A stretch of DNA of 63,936 bases, the filler included, from Craspedostauros australis (Eukaryota): the NCBI GenBank assembly GCA_030167865.1. It is 9 parts of 9 records of this genome, joined end to end, with 100 filler letters (N's around TTAATTAATTAA, not from the genome) between each part and the next. Parts side by side here need not be neighbours in the genome. Positions count along the whole stretch, not along the records: positions 34,954 to 45,894 come from JALAGF010004774.1; positions 45,995 to 48,869 come from JALAGF010004775.1; 7 more parts are not named here. The stretch is one strand, 5' to 3'. Positions within the stretch are counted from its first letter, which is position 1. Each line of letters starts with the position of its first letter. The notes under the pieces are model-generated. The model was not told where the DNA came from. It did no database searches and saw only the letters and a list, made by a program, of their open reading frames with translations. Shown here in pieces: positions 37,571 through 48,869 of the stretch. The translations under genes were made by a program, and so were the position numbers.

Positions 37571-38403
37571 GGTATGTTGTAGTGAAAGGATCTGAGGAGC
37601 ATATAGTTCCCAAGGTGAGATGTGAGTCAGGTCGGTCATGTTTGAGTCATGATATATTCGTGAATGGAGGAGAGAAAAGGGGAGAAAAGATTTGGTGATC
37701 AATCAAGTCGAAAGATTTCGCGCCAACACAAGAATTTCTCCCAATCGGGTTGATACCGTGTCCGGCAATAGACACACATTTAGTCTGTCCGTCAATCGTT
37801 CCAAGATTTTTGTCTGTCCTTGGTCAGGCTGTCTACATCGTCCCAAATCTCGACACGCAGTGCTTGGTCATCTGGATCGTTTGGGTCGTATCGTCTGGCA
37901 ATCGACCGATACGGTCATCAGATCGTGTTCGATGACTCCTGCGCGCGATCGGTGTCAGAACCACGCGCGCGAGGATGTATCACGGACAGAATCCTTCCAG
38001 AACAGAAGGATACACAACTCTGAGGACCACATCCCAAATCGGCAACCACAATGGCAACAACAACGACAACACCCACTCGTTCGCCCACGTGATCGATCCT
38101 TGTTCTGTTGGTTCGAAGAGTCATCGAACGAGAGAGAGAACAACCCAGAGACGAAAACGGCCGCTGGTCCATTCTTCTTCTGGTGTTGGCGTCAGACACA
38201 CAAGCAGAACGCAACACAACTGTAACAAAAAGGACAACAACAGCAGAATCGGCAGCATCGACAGCACCGGACACCAATCGCCTCATCAGACATCACCCTG
38301 CAGAACAATCCAAGTACGCAGAAGTGTAGGAACAGCAACTACAGTAACTACAGCACCCAACGACAGCACCCAACTACAACAAAGGAGACAACTGCAATCC
38401 AAG

Positions 38404-40450
38404 ATGCCCTTTAGATCATCCCTTCTCACGAGCTATCTACTGCCTACTGCCTGAGGGATGGTTTCCCACACGGAGGCTCTACTCGCAGCAAACCATTGGC
38501 GACAGCCACAGGCGAGGTCAGCGTTGATGTGTCCGTCACATCTTCGGTAACTGACGGCACTGCTATCAATGGAGCTTCGTTGGCGTCTTCTATTGGCGCT
38601 GGAGAAGGTCCTGAGACGGTGAGTACAGCAACAGTAGGACGTCGTCCGTGCGCTGTGCGCGCATTCGCTTGCTTTCGGTTGCTTTCGCTTTCGGTTGATC
38701 ATGTTTGCACTTGAGTCGCTCCATCCACCCTGCCGATTTCTCAAGTGTGCGCGCAATCAGCAGACCTCCTCACCATCCTTGCTTGCTCGTTCGTTCGTTC
38801 GCTTCACTCTTCTCTTCTTCGTCACCGACTCGTACGATGGTTATGTTGATACTGATGATACTGATGACACTGATGATACTGTTCTGACGACTCTTGGATT
38901 CGATGCCAATTGAATTGGATGCCAATTGAATTGGATTGAATTGAACTCCGACGAATCTCGTGGCGGTCGTCGCCGCGATACCATCTGCCAATCCGATCTC
39001 ATTCGTTTGGCACATGTGATCAACGTCTGACGCATGTGATCAACGTCATTGATGCACACATCGCATCAACCTTCGTGACCAATCAATGAATCTGCCAACA
39101 ATCACGCATATGAACACGCATTCAAAAACCAAAATGAATATCTCCATATCGACACACGCATCAAATACCATGCTCCACGATGCGACTCGATAGGTACATT
39201 ACGATTCCTACTCATGCACATACATCACCGCCACAACCACTACCACCACAACGAATTCCACGACGACGACCATGACGCAACGCAACGCAACGCAATATTG
39301 GTACCTGCATCTGCCATAACATCCAAAATGAACACTTGCACCTGCCTGCACACTGCACCAGTACCCATCGGAATGGAATGATTGGAAAACTCACTCACTG
39401 ATTAGCTGACCGACCAACCAACCATCCATCCAACCACCTCCACTATCCAACCAAACAGGATTACAAGTCACTCAAGATCACGTTCCTTTCATCCGACACC
39501 GGCGGCGGACACCGCGCATCTGTTCAGGTGTTGGCGAAGCAATTCCTCATCAAGTACCCCAGCAGCACCTACGAATTGGTCGACGTTTGGACTGATCATG
39601 GCGTTCTGCCATACCGCACCATCAAGAACAGCCACAAGAGAATGTCGTCCAAACCGTGGCAGTGGAGGATCTTCTACCACCTCTCCAACATCCGCCTCAA
39701 CATCCGCCTCAACCGCGTCTCCTCAGAATTCCACTCGCAGAAAATGTGCGGAGGTAGAATCCGACGCCGCCTCCAATCTCTCCAACCTCTCCAACCGGAC
39801 GTCGTCATCTCCGTTCATCCAGCCATGAACTTCACACCCCTCAAGAAGACCATCCACATCTCCAAGCATCAAGACAAGCACATCCCATTCTTCACCGTCG
39901 TTGCGGATCTCGGCTCCGCTCACAGGATGTGGTTCTCGAAGCACGTTGACAAACTCTACGTCGCATCAGAACGTCTCCGCGTCTCTGTGTCTGTGTCTGT
40001 GTCACCGCCAGGAAGCAAGGCAAGACGCCCGACGAGAACATCGTCCTCACAGGGCTGCCCATCCGTCATGACTTTGCCGTCCAGGCCGACAAGCTCGGCG
40101 ACCGCACCTCCGAAACTGGCAAGCAGTATCAGCATCAGATCCGCCAGCAGGTCTGCCAGCAGGTCCTTGGCGATGAGGGCGATGAGGCCTATGATCCATC
40201 CAAAAAGATGGTCCTCATCATGGGTGGCGGAGAAGGTGTTGGAGGATTGTCGGAGATTGTCGACCAAATGTACATCGACTTGGTCAACCGCGGTGTCGAT
40301 GCCACAATCTGCGTCGTGTGCGGCCGAAACGAAAAGCTGAAGGCTGATCTGGAGGCTCGTGATTGGGACGCCATCATTAGGGAAGCAAACGAGGACGGCG
40401 GGGAGCAGTTCACCAGACGGTGGCAGCAACGACGGCGACGACGGAGATGA
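38404..40450 (+). pseudogene. MGD: Monogalactosyldiacylglycerol (MGDG) synthase, frameshifted and 3'-truncated
   Basis: Exon from 39459 (after CAAACAG) reads LKITFLSSDTGGGHRAS, PDVVISVHP, IPFFTVVADLGS. After a frameshift near 39981-40001 it reads VLTGLPIRHDF, VLIMGGGEGVG, ICVVCGRNEKL. No KAGPGTIAEA C-terminus follows. A putative upstream exon ends at the 38619 GTGAGT donor. Confidence 0.88.
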
Positions 40451-40726
40451 CGAAGAACGAGAACAAGGAGATCGGCGACGACATTGGCAAGCATACTCAG
40501 AATTGGATCAAGCTGAATGAGGGAGTGTGAATCGAGTGTGAATCGAGTGTGAATCAAGAGCCCAGACTCGTTGGACAACATGCCTGAGTGGGATGCATGC
40601 GCACCCGTGATGGAATGGAATGGCATGCAACGCAATGCAACGCAATGGGCTGATTAATCGATGGATCGATCGATCCAATAACGACATCTGAAGTCGGACT
40701 AGAGAACAGTGTTAATGATAGCCAAC

Positions 40727-40802
40727 CTCGTCACCCACAAAACTCCACAACTAGTGTTATCGCTTGCTGGCTTGCTGCATTTTACATTCTGTGCAGGTCG
40801 TA
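40727..40802 (+). repeat. Short dispersed repeat (AAAACTCCACAACTAGTG.TATCG...CATTTTACATTCT.TGCAGGTCGTA); copies at 50511-50576 and partially 31763-31789
   Basis: Direct sequence match between the three loci. Confidence 0.75.
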
Positions 40803-41356
40803 CTTGTGGTGTGGAGTACGTATGTAGACTCTTTTGTGGGACGAAGGTCCTCTCATTCGTGTAGGTCAGTGGATGTCTGTGGTCATGTCCAGGGCCCTTC
40901 GACGAAATTAGGAATGAGGCAACAGTGCAACGGACGTTGTGCATTTAGAACCGAATATGGGTATAGTGGCCAATCAGGAGTGTGCTGTGACTGAAGGAAG
41001 TCGAATCGAATCGAATCGAATCGAGTGTTGCATTGTGTTGTGTTGCGTCGTGTTGCGAGGTCCAAGGCGTGAATGCGAGGACGAGCGCCACGACATCCAA
41101 TCGCCCACAGTAAAAATGGCGCGAAAGTTCGGCGGTTCGCAACTGATAGTCGTGAAAACCACACCTTTCTTGTTCCCTCCACTGTTCCTTCCGCCATTCA
41201 CACACAAACACACGGTTGCAACAAAATCAAGCACCAAGAAAATAAGCAAGACAGTCAGCAAGACAAATCATAAAATCCACTGCCACAACAATCACTTTCC
41301 ACCATCACCATCATCATCATCACCATCATCATCACCACCAAGCAAACCATCCAACA

Positions 41357-41941
41357 ATGAAGTTTGTTCCCACTGTCGTTCTTGCTCTGTGGCTCACCAC
41401 AGCATTTCCCAGCTGTGTCTTCGCAACAGCCAGCCCCACCAAGAAGCCCTGGTCGATCCTGGGTGGAGCCACCATGGAAGCTGGCAGCAACACCAAGGGT
41501 AGCATGCCAGGCTGTGCCTTTGCGCCACACAATCTTCATGGCACGACAGGTGTGACCACAGCTGGTGCAGCAGCTGGCACTTCAGGTGGTGCTGCAGGTG
41601 GCATTCGCCCAACACCAAGTGCAGGGATGCGTCTTCCATCTGTGCGGGGCTTGTGGAAAGCCCTTTGCACAGCCATTCTCCCACAAGACTTTGAATTTGT
41701 GAAGAAGGTACTATTTGTTGCTATTGTTGGTGCCGTTGTTGGCGCTGTTGTTGGTGTCGTCGTTGGTGGCAACTTGATCGAGAAGGGAGTGAAGCAGGCT
41801 GACAAGGTCGCAAAGCAACGCGTCGACCATGCTGCAGAGAAGTTGCAAGACATCGTGGACAGCACCTGGCTCAATTTCAGAAAGAGTCGCAAAAAGGCCA
41901 GCAGCAACAGCACCACCACCGTCAACGAACCAGCCATCTGA
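41357..41941 (+). CDS. Hypothetical protein with signal peptide and a GxxxG-type TM helix, 194 aa
   Basis: MKFVPTVVLALWLTTAF.. signal peptide, VLFVAIVGAVVGAVVGVVVGG TM, basic C-terminus. ATG context (CAACAATG) resembles the other genes. Confidence 0.6.
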   Translation: MKFVPTVVLALWLTTAFPSCVFATASPTKKPWSILGGATMEAGSNTKGSMPGCAFAPHNLHGTTGVTTAGAAAGTSGGAAGGIRPTPSAGMRLPSVRGLWKALCTAILPQDFEFVKKVLFVAIVGAVVGAVVGVVVGGNLIEKGVKQADKVAKQRVDHAAEKLQDIVDSTWLNFRKSRKKASSNSTTTVNEPAI

Positions 41942-42110
41942 CCTCTCAGCAGCTACACTCTACTGTGACACCTGTGCCATGAATGCCATGGTAGGCATGG
42001 ACGGAACACAGCACACTCCTCATATTCGTACATAGTCATACAATAACAGATAGAAGAAACTACTGGGAAATCATTCGTATTCGATTACTCGTATTCTATT
42101 ACTTGTGTTA

Positions 42111-45100
42111 CTGCATTTGTCCGACCGCAGTCGATCGAGCGGCATCATCTCAGCCCAGATCATGAGTTCCTCTTCTCACTCGGTTGGCTTGATGACAACA
42201 CAATCAGCCTGCCTGTAGAAAAAGCCATCATCCTTCCATCCGGTTGCCATCAGCATCTCCTCCGTGGGTCTGCAAGAGTGTGCAGAGTAGTGGACGAATT
42301 TCTTCATGGATATCGGTACAATGCACGCTGCTCCAGCTTGCATTCAATGTCGTTCAATCATCTACCATCTGAGCATGTCGCCAATGGTGTTCTATGAGCT
42401 ATGTGTCGACTGCAATCACCTGGTGCACATGTAGGCTCACGCAGCGACCTTGTTCTTGTGTGGTCTCTTCTCGACGTCGTCTTCCGTGTAGGACGGATCC
42501 GTCGAGCTTTCGGTGCCGCCATCCTCATCTTCCTCATCCGTTTTCGTGGTGAGCAAGGACCGTGACTTTTGCTTGCAGAAAGACGATTGCATCGTATCCT
42601 CCTCATTGCGGTGCTTGTGCAGCACGCGATGATTGTGCAGCACGCGGTGCTTGGAAACGCGTGGAGGTGGACACGATCTCACTGCTGCTGTGATTGCTGT
42701 CGCGGATGGAATCGGCACGCCGACGTCTCGTGGCGCTGCGGATGCGGTGCCTCTTGTCGCCAACGTTGCTGCTGCCCTTCTTGCTTTTGGCGGGAGCGGC
42801 CTCCTGCGCCGCAGATTTGTCTGTGTCATTGCGTTTGTTGGATTTGCGTGCGGCGGATCGATGATGCGATCGCGTGGATTGGTTCTTCATTTCCGTGCTC
42901 TTGCGAGATGAAGATTTCTTCGCGCGGGAGGATTTCGGCTTCGACATATCCATAACATCGCTCTTTGACGGAGTCTTCTTCAACGATTCTCCATTCTTGC
43001 TTCGCGTTTGTGTGATGATCGATGCCTCGACCGAGTTGACGGTTCTGCCGTTGTGGCTGTCATGGCTGTTGTCGAAGCGTCCTGCTGTGGCTGATCACCC
43101 ACGGACAGCTTGCGCAAGGATCGGTTGAGGTCATCCTTTCCGCGCGTCGAACGGTGACGCGACCGCGTGGACGGGTTGGTGTCATCCATATCCTTCTTGC
43201 GCGATGATCTGTTTCTGGAACAGCTGGATGGATCCGCGGCATTGTCCGATGCCTCTTCCATCACCTTCTTCAGGTCGCGTTGCTTCCGCGACGACTTCTG
43301 CCGCGCCAATCTGCCAGTGCGGTTTGGCGTTGACAAGGTGGCATCCTGCGAGGCCATGCGTCCGGCAGGGTCGGGTGCACTCTCCTTGCGGCATGATGAC
43401 CGATGACGGGATCCCGATCGCAGAGTCGCCTCCGCCGCATCGGCATTGATATCAGATTTGCACTCGTCACGATTGGTGCGGCCAACCTTGTGCTTGGAAC
43501 GCGAGGATGGTTCCAACTCTCCCTCATCCTGGCTGCTGCGATGCGACGAACGATTCTTGCGACGAGTGGATCGTTCCCCTCGTGCGGATGCCTCGCGGGC
43601 GTCACTTGGATCCATCTTCGAGGATGATCCTGTCTTCGTGCGTCTCGATCGGCCCTCCTTCTGGTGTGACGATCCCAATTCGTTCTGATCCAGTGTGCGT
43701 TGATGATGTGATGACGTGATGACTTGCCACCATCGTCCTTCTTGGATGTCTTGTGTCTGTTCCGCGTTGATGGTGACTTCAAATCACGATCATGGTTGGA
43801 CTTCTTTTCCAGGTTGGGAACGAGCAAGTTACCTTGGGCGCGCAGGCGACGCGACGATCCGCTCTTCTTGTGGCTGGTGGCTGGTGGCTTGTGCTGCTGG
43901 CTGTCTGGCTGCGCGATTGTGGGCTGAAGATGGTATCCGATTCGGACGGCGACATGAGGGTGGAGAAGCTAGTAGTATCTGCGTGCTTCCCTCGACGATG
44001 CGGTCGTGATGGTGCTGTTGTGAAGATCCAATGCCGCTCCAAGATTGCCATTGCCATTGCCATTGCCGCTGCTGTTACTGGAGCGCCGTTTCGACAAGCT
44101 GGATTTGCCCTTGGACTTGCGCTTTGGTTTGGTTTCCGCCGAAGACTTCCCAACTGCGATGGCTGCCGCTGATGCCGACGTGGCGTTGGAACGCCTCGCC
44201 TTGCTCTTCCTGATGAATCTCGTCTTGATTTTCTCCACCTCACCATTGTCGCAAAGACGACTTGACGACCGCAACTGCGACGATGAACCAAACATGGACG
44301 TTGCCGTCGTGGTCGCCGTGATGATCGAACCATTTCGGACCTTGGACGACGTTGTTTTTCTGTTCTGCGCAGCGGCCGAATCGCCGTCTCCCGTCATGAG
44401 GCTCTTCGTGCTGCGTCTCATATCCTTTTGGAAGGTGATGGTCTCACGGTGATCATCGGCATCCTTCTTCGCCTTGGATTTCGCATCGTCGTCGTTGTCA
44501 TTCTGCTGCTGACTGTACTTGGATGGCGACAACGGCGCGTCATTCTCGTCATGACCGTCGCTCAACTGAAGTGACTGTTGCGACTGCTGCGACGGTGGTT
44601 TCAGCGGATGACGCGATTCCGCGTTGCTGCTGTCGCCATCATCCGGAATCGAAGTGAAACCGGAATCTTCCAACGGCGATGACTCGTGGATCATCGGGAT
44701 GANGAGACTGTGGTGACTTCCGCTGTGTTGGCCGGGCGGTGAAAGGAAGGGCGGCTGATCACCGGCCGTCGACGTCGACGTCGTCATCGGTGCCCGTGGA
44801 CTCCAACATCGTCGACGATCTCATGATGCTGTGTGGGTCAAACTGCGGGTCAACTGCGGGTCAAGCTGCAGGTCAAACTGCGGTATATCCTTGAGATCCG
44901 TCGTCATGTTCATGAGGCTGTCATCCAGCGACTTCGTGTGCGTGATNGACATGGAGCTGCGCGNCTGCTNCACCTGCNGTGACTCGCAGTTGAATGACGC
45001 TTCATCCGGATCATCATGATCGTCGTTATTGTCATCATTGTCATCATTGTCCTGCTTATCAAAACTGCCCTTGCGATGATGTGAGGAAAAGAACTTGATG

Positions 45101-45873
45101 GGCAGACCGAATCGTTTGCGATTGGGAGACACCGATTGTTGTCTGCGGCGATTCCTTGTGAGCGGAGACATGAGGATCCCGTTGCGTTGCTGCGGCATTG
45201 TTGTTGTTGTTGTTGTTTCGCCGCTCTTCGATGGTGCATCGGTCACCTTGTGTTGACTCGACGACAGCTTGTCGATCGTATCCTTCTTGTGGATTGAAGA
45301 TTTGGACTTCTTGGGCCGCTTGCGTTCTCCAACCCCGTCGACACTCCTGCGACTATGCTGCGATGTTCGGCGATCCTTCTTCCTCCTCTTCGTCTTTTCG
45401 TTGGGCACCGCCGCGGCATCGGATTCCGTCACGCCATCATCATCATCATCATCATCATCTTCGTCGTCCTTGAGACAGTGTCCGCGCAACGCCAACGCCA
45501 ACGCCAACGCCAACGGCACGCGCTTATTGTCGGGCCGCAACCACCCGAAGAACTTGGTGATGGAGAGTCGCTGTTTGTGCGTGCCCGTCGTATGCGGTGC
45601 ATGGCGCGCGGACGGCGTGAGCTTGGGCACGGGCGAGGCCGGAATGCACTTTTTCGCGAATGAGGCCGATCGCTTGACAGCGTCGAGGGGTTTGGTGACG
45701 CGGACGTGCTCCGATCGCGATGGATGCTGCTGGTTCTTTTTGGAAGCGTAGCTGCTGTCGCCGCTGGGCGTTTTGCGTGGGGCGCCGATCGTGCGCGGGT
45801 GCCCCGATTGTGACTTTGGTTTGGAGCGATTGCGTCGCGGCATGGGTGGTTCGAAGGGTGGTGGCGATGGCAT
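42111..45873 (-). pseudogene. Large Ser/Lys/Arg/Asp-rich disordered protein gene, fragmented
   Basis: Chain of ORFs (45873, 44787, 43827, 43678, 42983, 42829) with the same composition. In-frame TGA at 44821-44823 and several frame changes. Tail EEMLMATGWKDD...KPTE*EEELMIWAEMMPLD. Scattered single Ns indicate a low-quality consensus. Confidence 0.5.
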
Positions 45874-45995
45874 CGGTTTGATGCCGTTATCGGANNNNNN
45901 NNNNNNNNNNNNNNNNNNNNNNNNNNNNNNNNNNNNNNTTAATTAATTAANNNNNNNNNNNNNNNNNNNNNNNNNNNNNNNNNNNNNNNNNNNNA

Positions 45996-46763
45996 TCCAC
46001 GCAATGCCTGCACGAAAGTGACTGGATATCGCTGATTCGAAAATGGACGCTACTGGTGCCGTTTCTCGTCGGTGCTATCCCGGAAACTCGCACCATCGTG
46101 ATCCCGTCGTATCATTACGTCATGGAACGAAAGCAGCATCCGTCACGGTCCATCATTGTTTGGTTGGTGAGCAGAACGAAAAGGCGGCAACGAACACAGC
46201 GCACGAGCTCTCCAGCTGCGTGGATAGAATGGACACCGTTGCATGACGACGCTCTCTACAATGACGATGTGCAAGTCAGCGCAGGGCACGTCTGTATTGG
46301 AAGAGAGCTGAAGCCATACCAGTACGTTCTGAAGCACTGATTCTTAACGTGTGCGATGATTGGCATCAGCGCCATCTTCGTATTCCAATCCGCCTCCGTA
46401 GGCCTGCTGATGTATCTGTGGGAACGCCGACGGCAAGGTCTTGAAGAAAGAGCCAGCGATGCTTCGCTCCAACTGGAACTGGATGGATCGTTAGATTTTC
46501 ACGGCGACAACAATGGTGGGGTCGGGGAACATGATGACACTGATGATGAACCCTGGTTGAGCACCTTGGTGGATGGGGTGCAAGCGCAGCCACGGTCGCA
46601 GTCGCAGGTGAATGCCGTAGTCAGTGAGGATTCCAACGGCACCAATGGCCAAAACACCCACGGTGATACGGCCAGTCCCGATGTCGAGCCTGATATCCAC
46701 TCCAATGCTAACGCTGAGACCTCCCGTCGAGGCGAGTCTCCAGCAATCATCGTGGATGAATAG
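45996..46763 (+). pseudogene. Seipin (lipid-droplet biogenesis) C-terminal part with an internal TGA
   Basis: HESDWISLIRKWTLLVPFLVGAIPETRTIVI...VQVSAGHVCIGRELKPYQYVLKH*FLTCAMIGISAIFVFQ..LLMYLW, then an acidic tail. This resembles the seipin lumenal end plus TM2. TGA at 46338-46340 sits where Trp is expected. 5' end cut by the linker. Confidence 0.62.
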
Positions 46764-47603
46764 ACCTATTGTTGGATCGTTGGGAAGAATTCGCTGTGGG
46801 CAGCGACGGGAGATACATGGTTCGAAAGTCTCCATCGGGGAACATCAAGCTTTGTGCTCGCACCATGAGTCGCCCACCCGACCATGCTCCGCCGCGTGCA
46901 AACTCTACTCTGGTCCACTTGAGCGTGCACCATCCCATCCTCATGCTGAATCGTCAAGGTGAGGACGCGCGTTTCATCGATGACTCACTTTTTGTCGGAA
47001 TGCCAACGGATCTTTCGCAGTTTGGGCACGGTCAGAGACATGAGGAACATGGAAAGCGTTGCCTGTGGTGCATGAACAGCAGAACAACCTCCGCAACTTG
47101 GGACAAGAACGGCAATTTCAGAGGCGATGGTTTGATCATCTCCACAACAAACAAGATCGCCTCGCACTGGTGAAGTGTCATGTGTGCATACCATATGGTA
47201 CGATACCGTCGAGATATCGATATGTTTTGGGGCACGCCTCAAAGCAGTCGAAGACGCGTGCGCATCTGACGACTCGCTTGTACTCCTGTTATTTCGGTAC
47301 GTACGCACGTTATGCTACAGATAGATATCACGAAGTTGATGATGCGGGACTATGAATCTGGTGTCCAACCATGCGAAAGCGCGAGCATCACCAACAGATG
47401 AAAACCTGGGATCTGTTTTCCTGTCTATCTCTGCTGCTCATGCGTGCAGACGATTGCAGGTGCGACTTCTCTATTGCGGTATGTGGATATGCAACACGAT
47501 GACTAACATTAGTGATTCCGCTTCCATCTGACCAACGAGCCAAGTCTCTGGTCCTCTATTCCACACGTAATAGATATTATACGTACTAAATCATACACCT
47601 GCA

Positions 47604-48869
47604 TCAAAAATGCCTCTTTCGAGAGATGGGCTTGGTTGGTTTGCTTGATTTCGATGGTGCTCGCCTCCTCCGTTTCTTGGTTGTGGGCGGCGGTCTCTCA
47701 TCTCTTCTTGCCTGGACGAGATCCATCTCGCGCTTCTTGCGGAAGCCATGCGCGGCCTTGTCCCGTGCTTCCGCGAAGGTGACCTCGATCCAACAGCCTG
47801 TCTCCTTGCACTTCTTGAGGAAGCGGCTCTTTCGCTCCTGCATCTTGTGCACCAGCTTCTCAGCGACGTTCAGCTTGGCCCACCTTGGCGCTTTGTCGTA
47901 CTCGTCGAACATATCAGCAATGACTGCCTTCATGTACTGATTGCCGGGGTGCTCTTGAAACGGCCTTCCACGTCCCATCAGAATGTCAACCTCAGTTGGA
48001 CTGCAACTTGGACGAATGCTGTCGCTTTCAATAGGATCAACCACCGTGAGTGGCAGCGATGAAGAAAGCTGCTGTGGTGATGGCGGCATTGACCTCTGTT
48101 TTGGTGGGAGTGACAGAGTTGGCGACCTGCCATTACGCACGACTGCAGCTGCTGGGATGTCTGCGCATCGGTCTGACGATTGGAGATCCACAGCGGCATT
48201 CTTGTCTTCCTCTTCTTCAGCATCTTGGACGACTCGCATCGATGACGCATGGCTGACATCGTTGCGCTCAGGATGATCGTGAGCGCCAGAGATGCCATTC
48301 CCGTTTCTCATCTGTGTTGCCATTGCGGTCCGGTAGGCTTCCAGCGCTCTGCGATGCATGATCCAAGCGCTGGCCCCCGCCATTTTGAGCATCCCCCTGT
48401 CATCGAATGGCAGGACCTGAGGTGACACGCCGTGCGAAGAGAGGCTCTTGATGTTACCAGCCAGCGTACCGAAGAATGGCTTGAATCGGTGGCGAGTATG
48501 ATGGGCCAGCGAGAGCTGAAAAATGTCTACCATGGCCCTCATGTCCTTCGTATCGTCTGATAGGAAGTACATCCTCTTCACGTTCACCGGCGTGGTCGTG
48601 GTGGTCTGCGCGCAAATGCACATGTTCAGCCGTTGTTTTGATGTTACATTCGGCATCATCTTGTCCAGTGCATGCACCATCACTACTCCGTTCTTCTGTG
48701 CGTCGACGTCTTCTACAACCGTCATGGCTGCGTAAAACAGGGCCCGGGCATTTGCCAAGGTGTCGAACATGCTCGGGACGAACTCTGTCGCTACGATTAC
48801 GCGACTTCCATGCGCATCCTTGCATGGAAGCGGTTGTACATTCCCAGCTTCCAGCAGAGCGACCGCTCC
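47604..48869 (-). CDS. CRAL-TRIO-like N-terminal region + DUF6824 domain protein (5'-truncated)
   Basis: Frame is open from the gap edge (LLEAGNVQPLPCKDAHGSRVIV...QKNGVVMV). C-terminal DILMGRGRPFQEHPGN...RFLK...WIEV...ARDKAAHGFR is DUF6824. Confidence 0.82.
   Translation of the reverse strand, partial: GAVALLEAGNVQPLPCKDAHGSRVIVATEFVPSMFDTLANARALFYAAMTVVEDVDAQKNGVVMVHALDKMMPNVTSKQRLNMCICAQTTTTTPVNVKRMYFLSDDTKDMRAMVDIFQLSLAHHTRHRFKPFFGTLAGNIKSLSSHGVSPQVLPFDDRGMLKMAGASAWIMHRRALEAYRTAMATQMRNGNGISGAHDHPERNDVSHASSMRVVQDAEEEEDKNAAVDLQSSDRCADIPAAAVVRNGRSPTLSLPPKQRSMPPSPQQLSSSLPLTVVDPIESDSIRPSCSPTEVDILMGRGRPFQEHPGNQYMKAVIADMFDEYDKAPRWAKLNVAEKLVHKMQERKSRFLKKCKETGCWIEVTFAEARDKAAHGFRKKREMDLVQARRDERPPPTTKKRRRRAPSKSSKPTKPISRKRHF

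Noticed and set aside
29221..46340. In-frame TGAs as selenocysteine or a variant genetic code (PSTK is nearby)
   Set aside because: They fall at Arg/Trp-like positions in non-redox proteins, co-occur with frameshifts and TAA/TAG stops, and intact genes here terminate at TGA.
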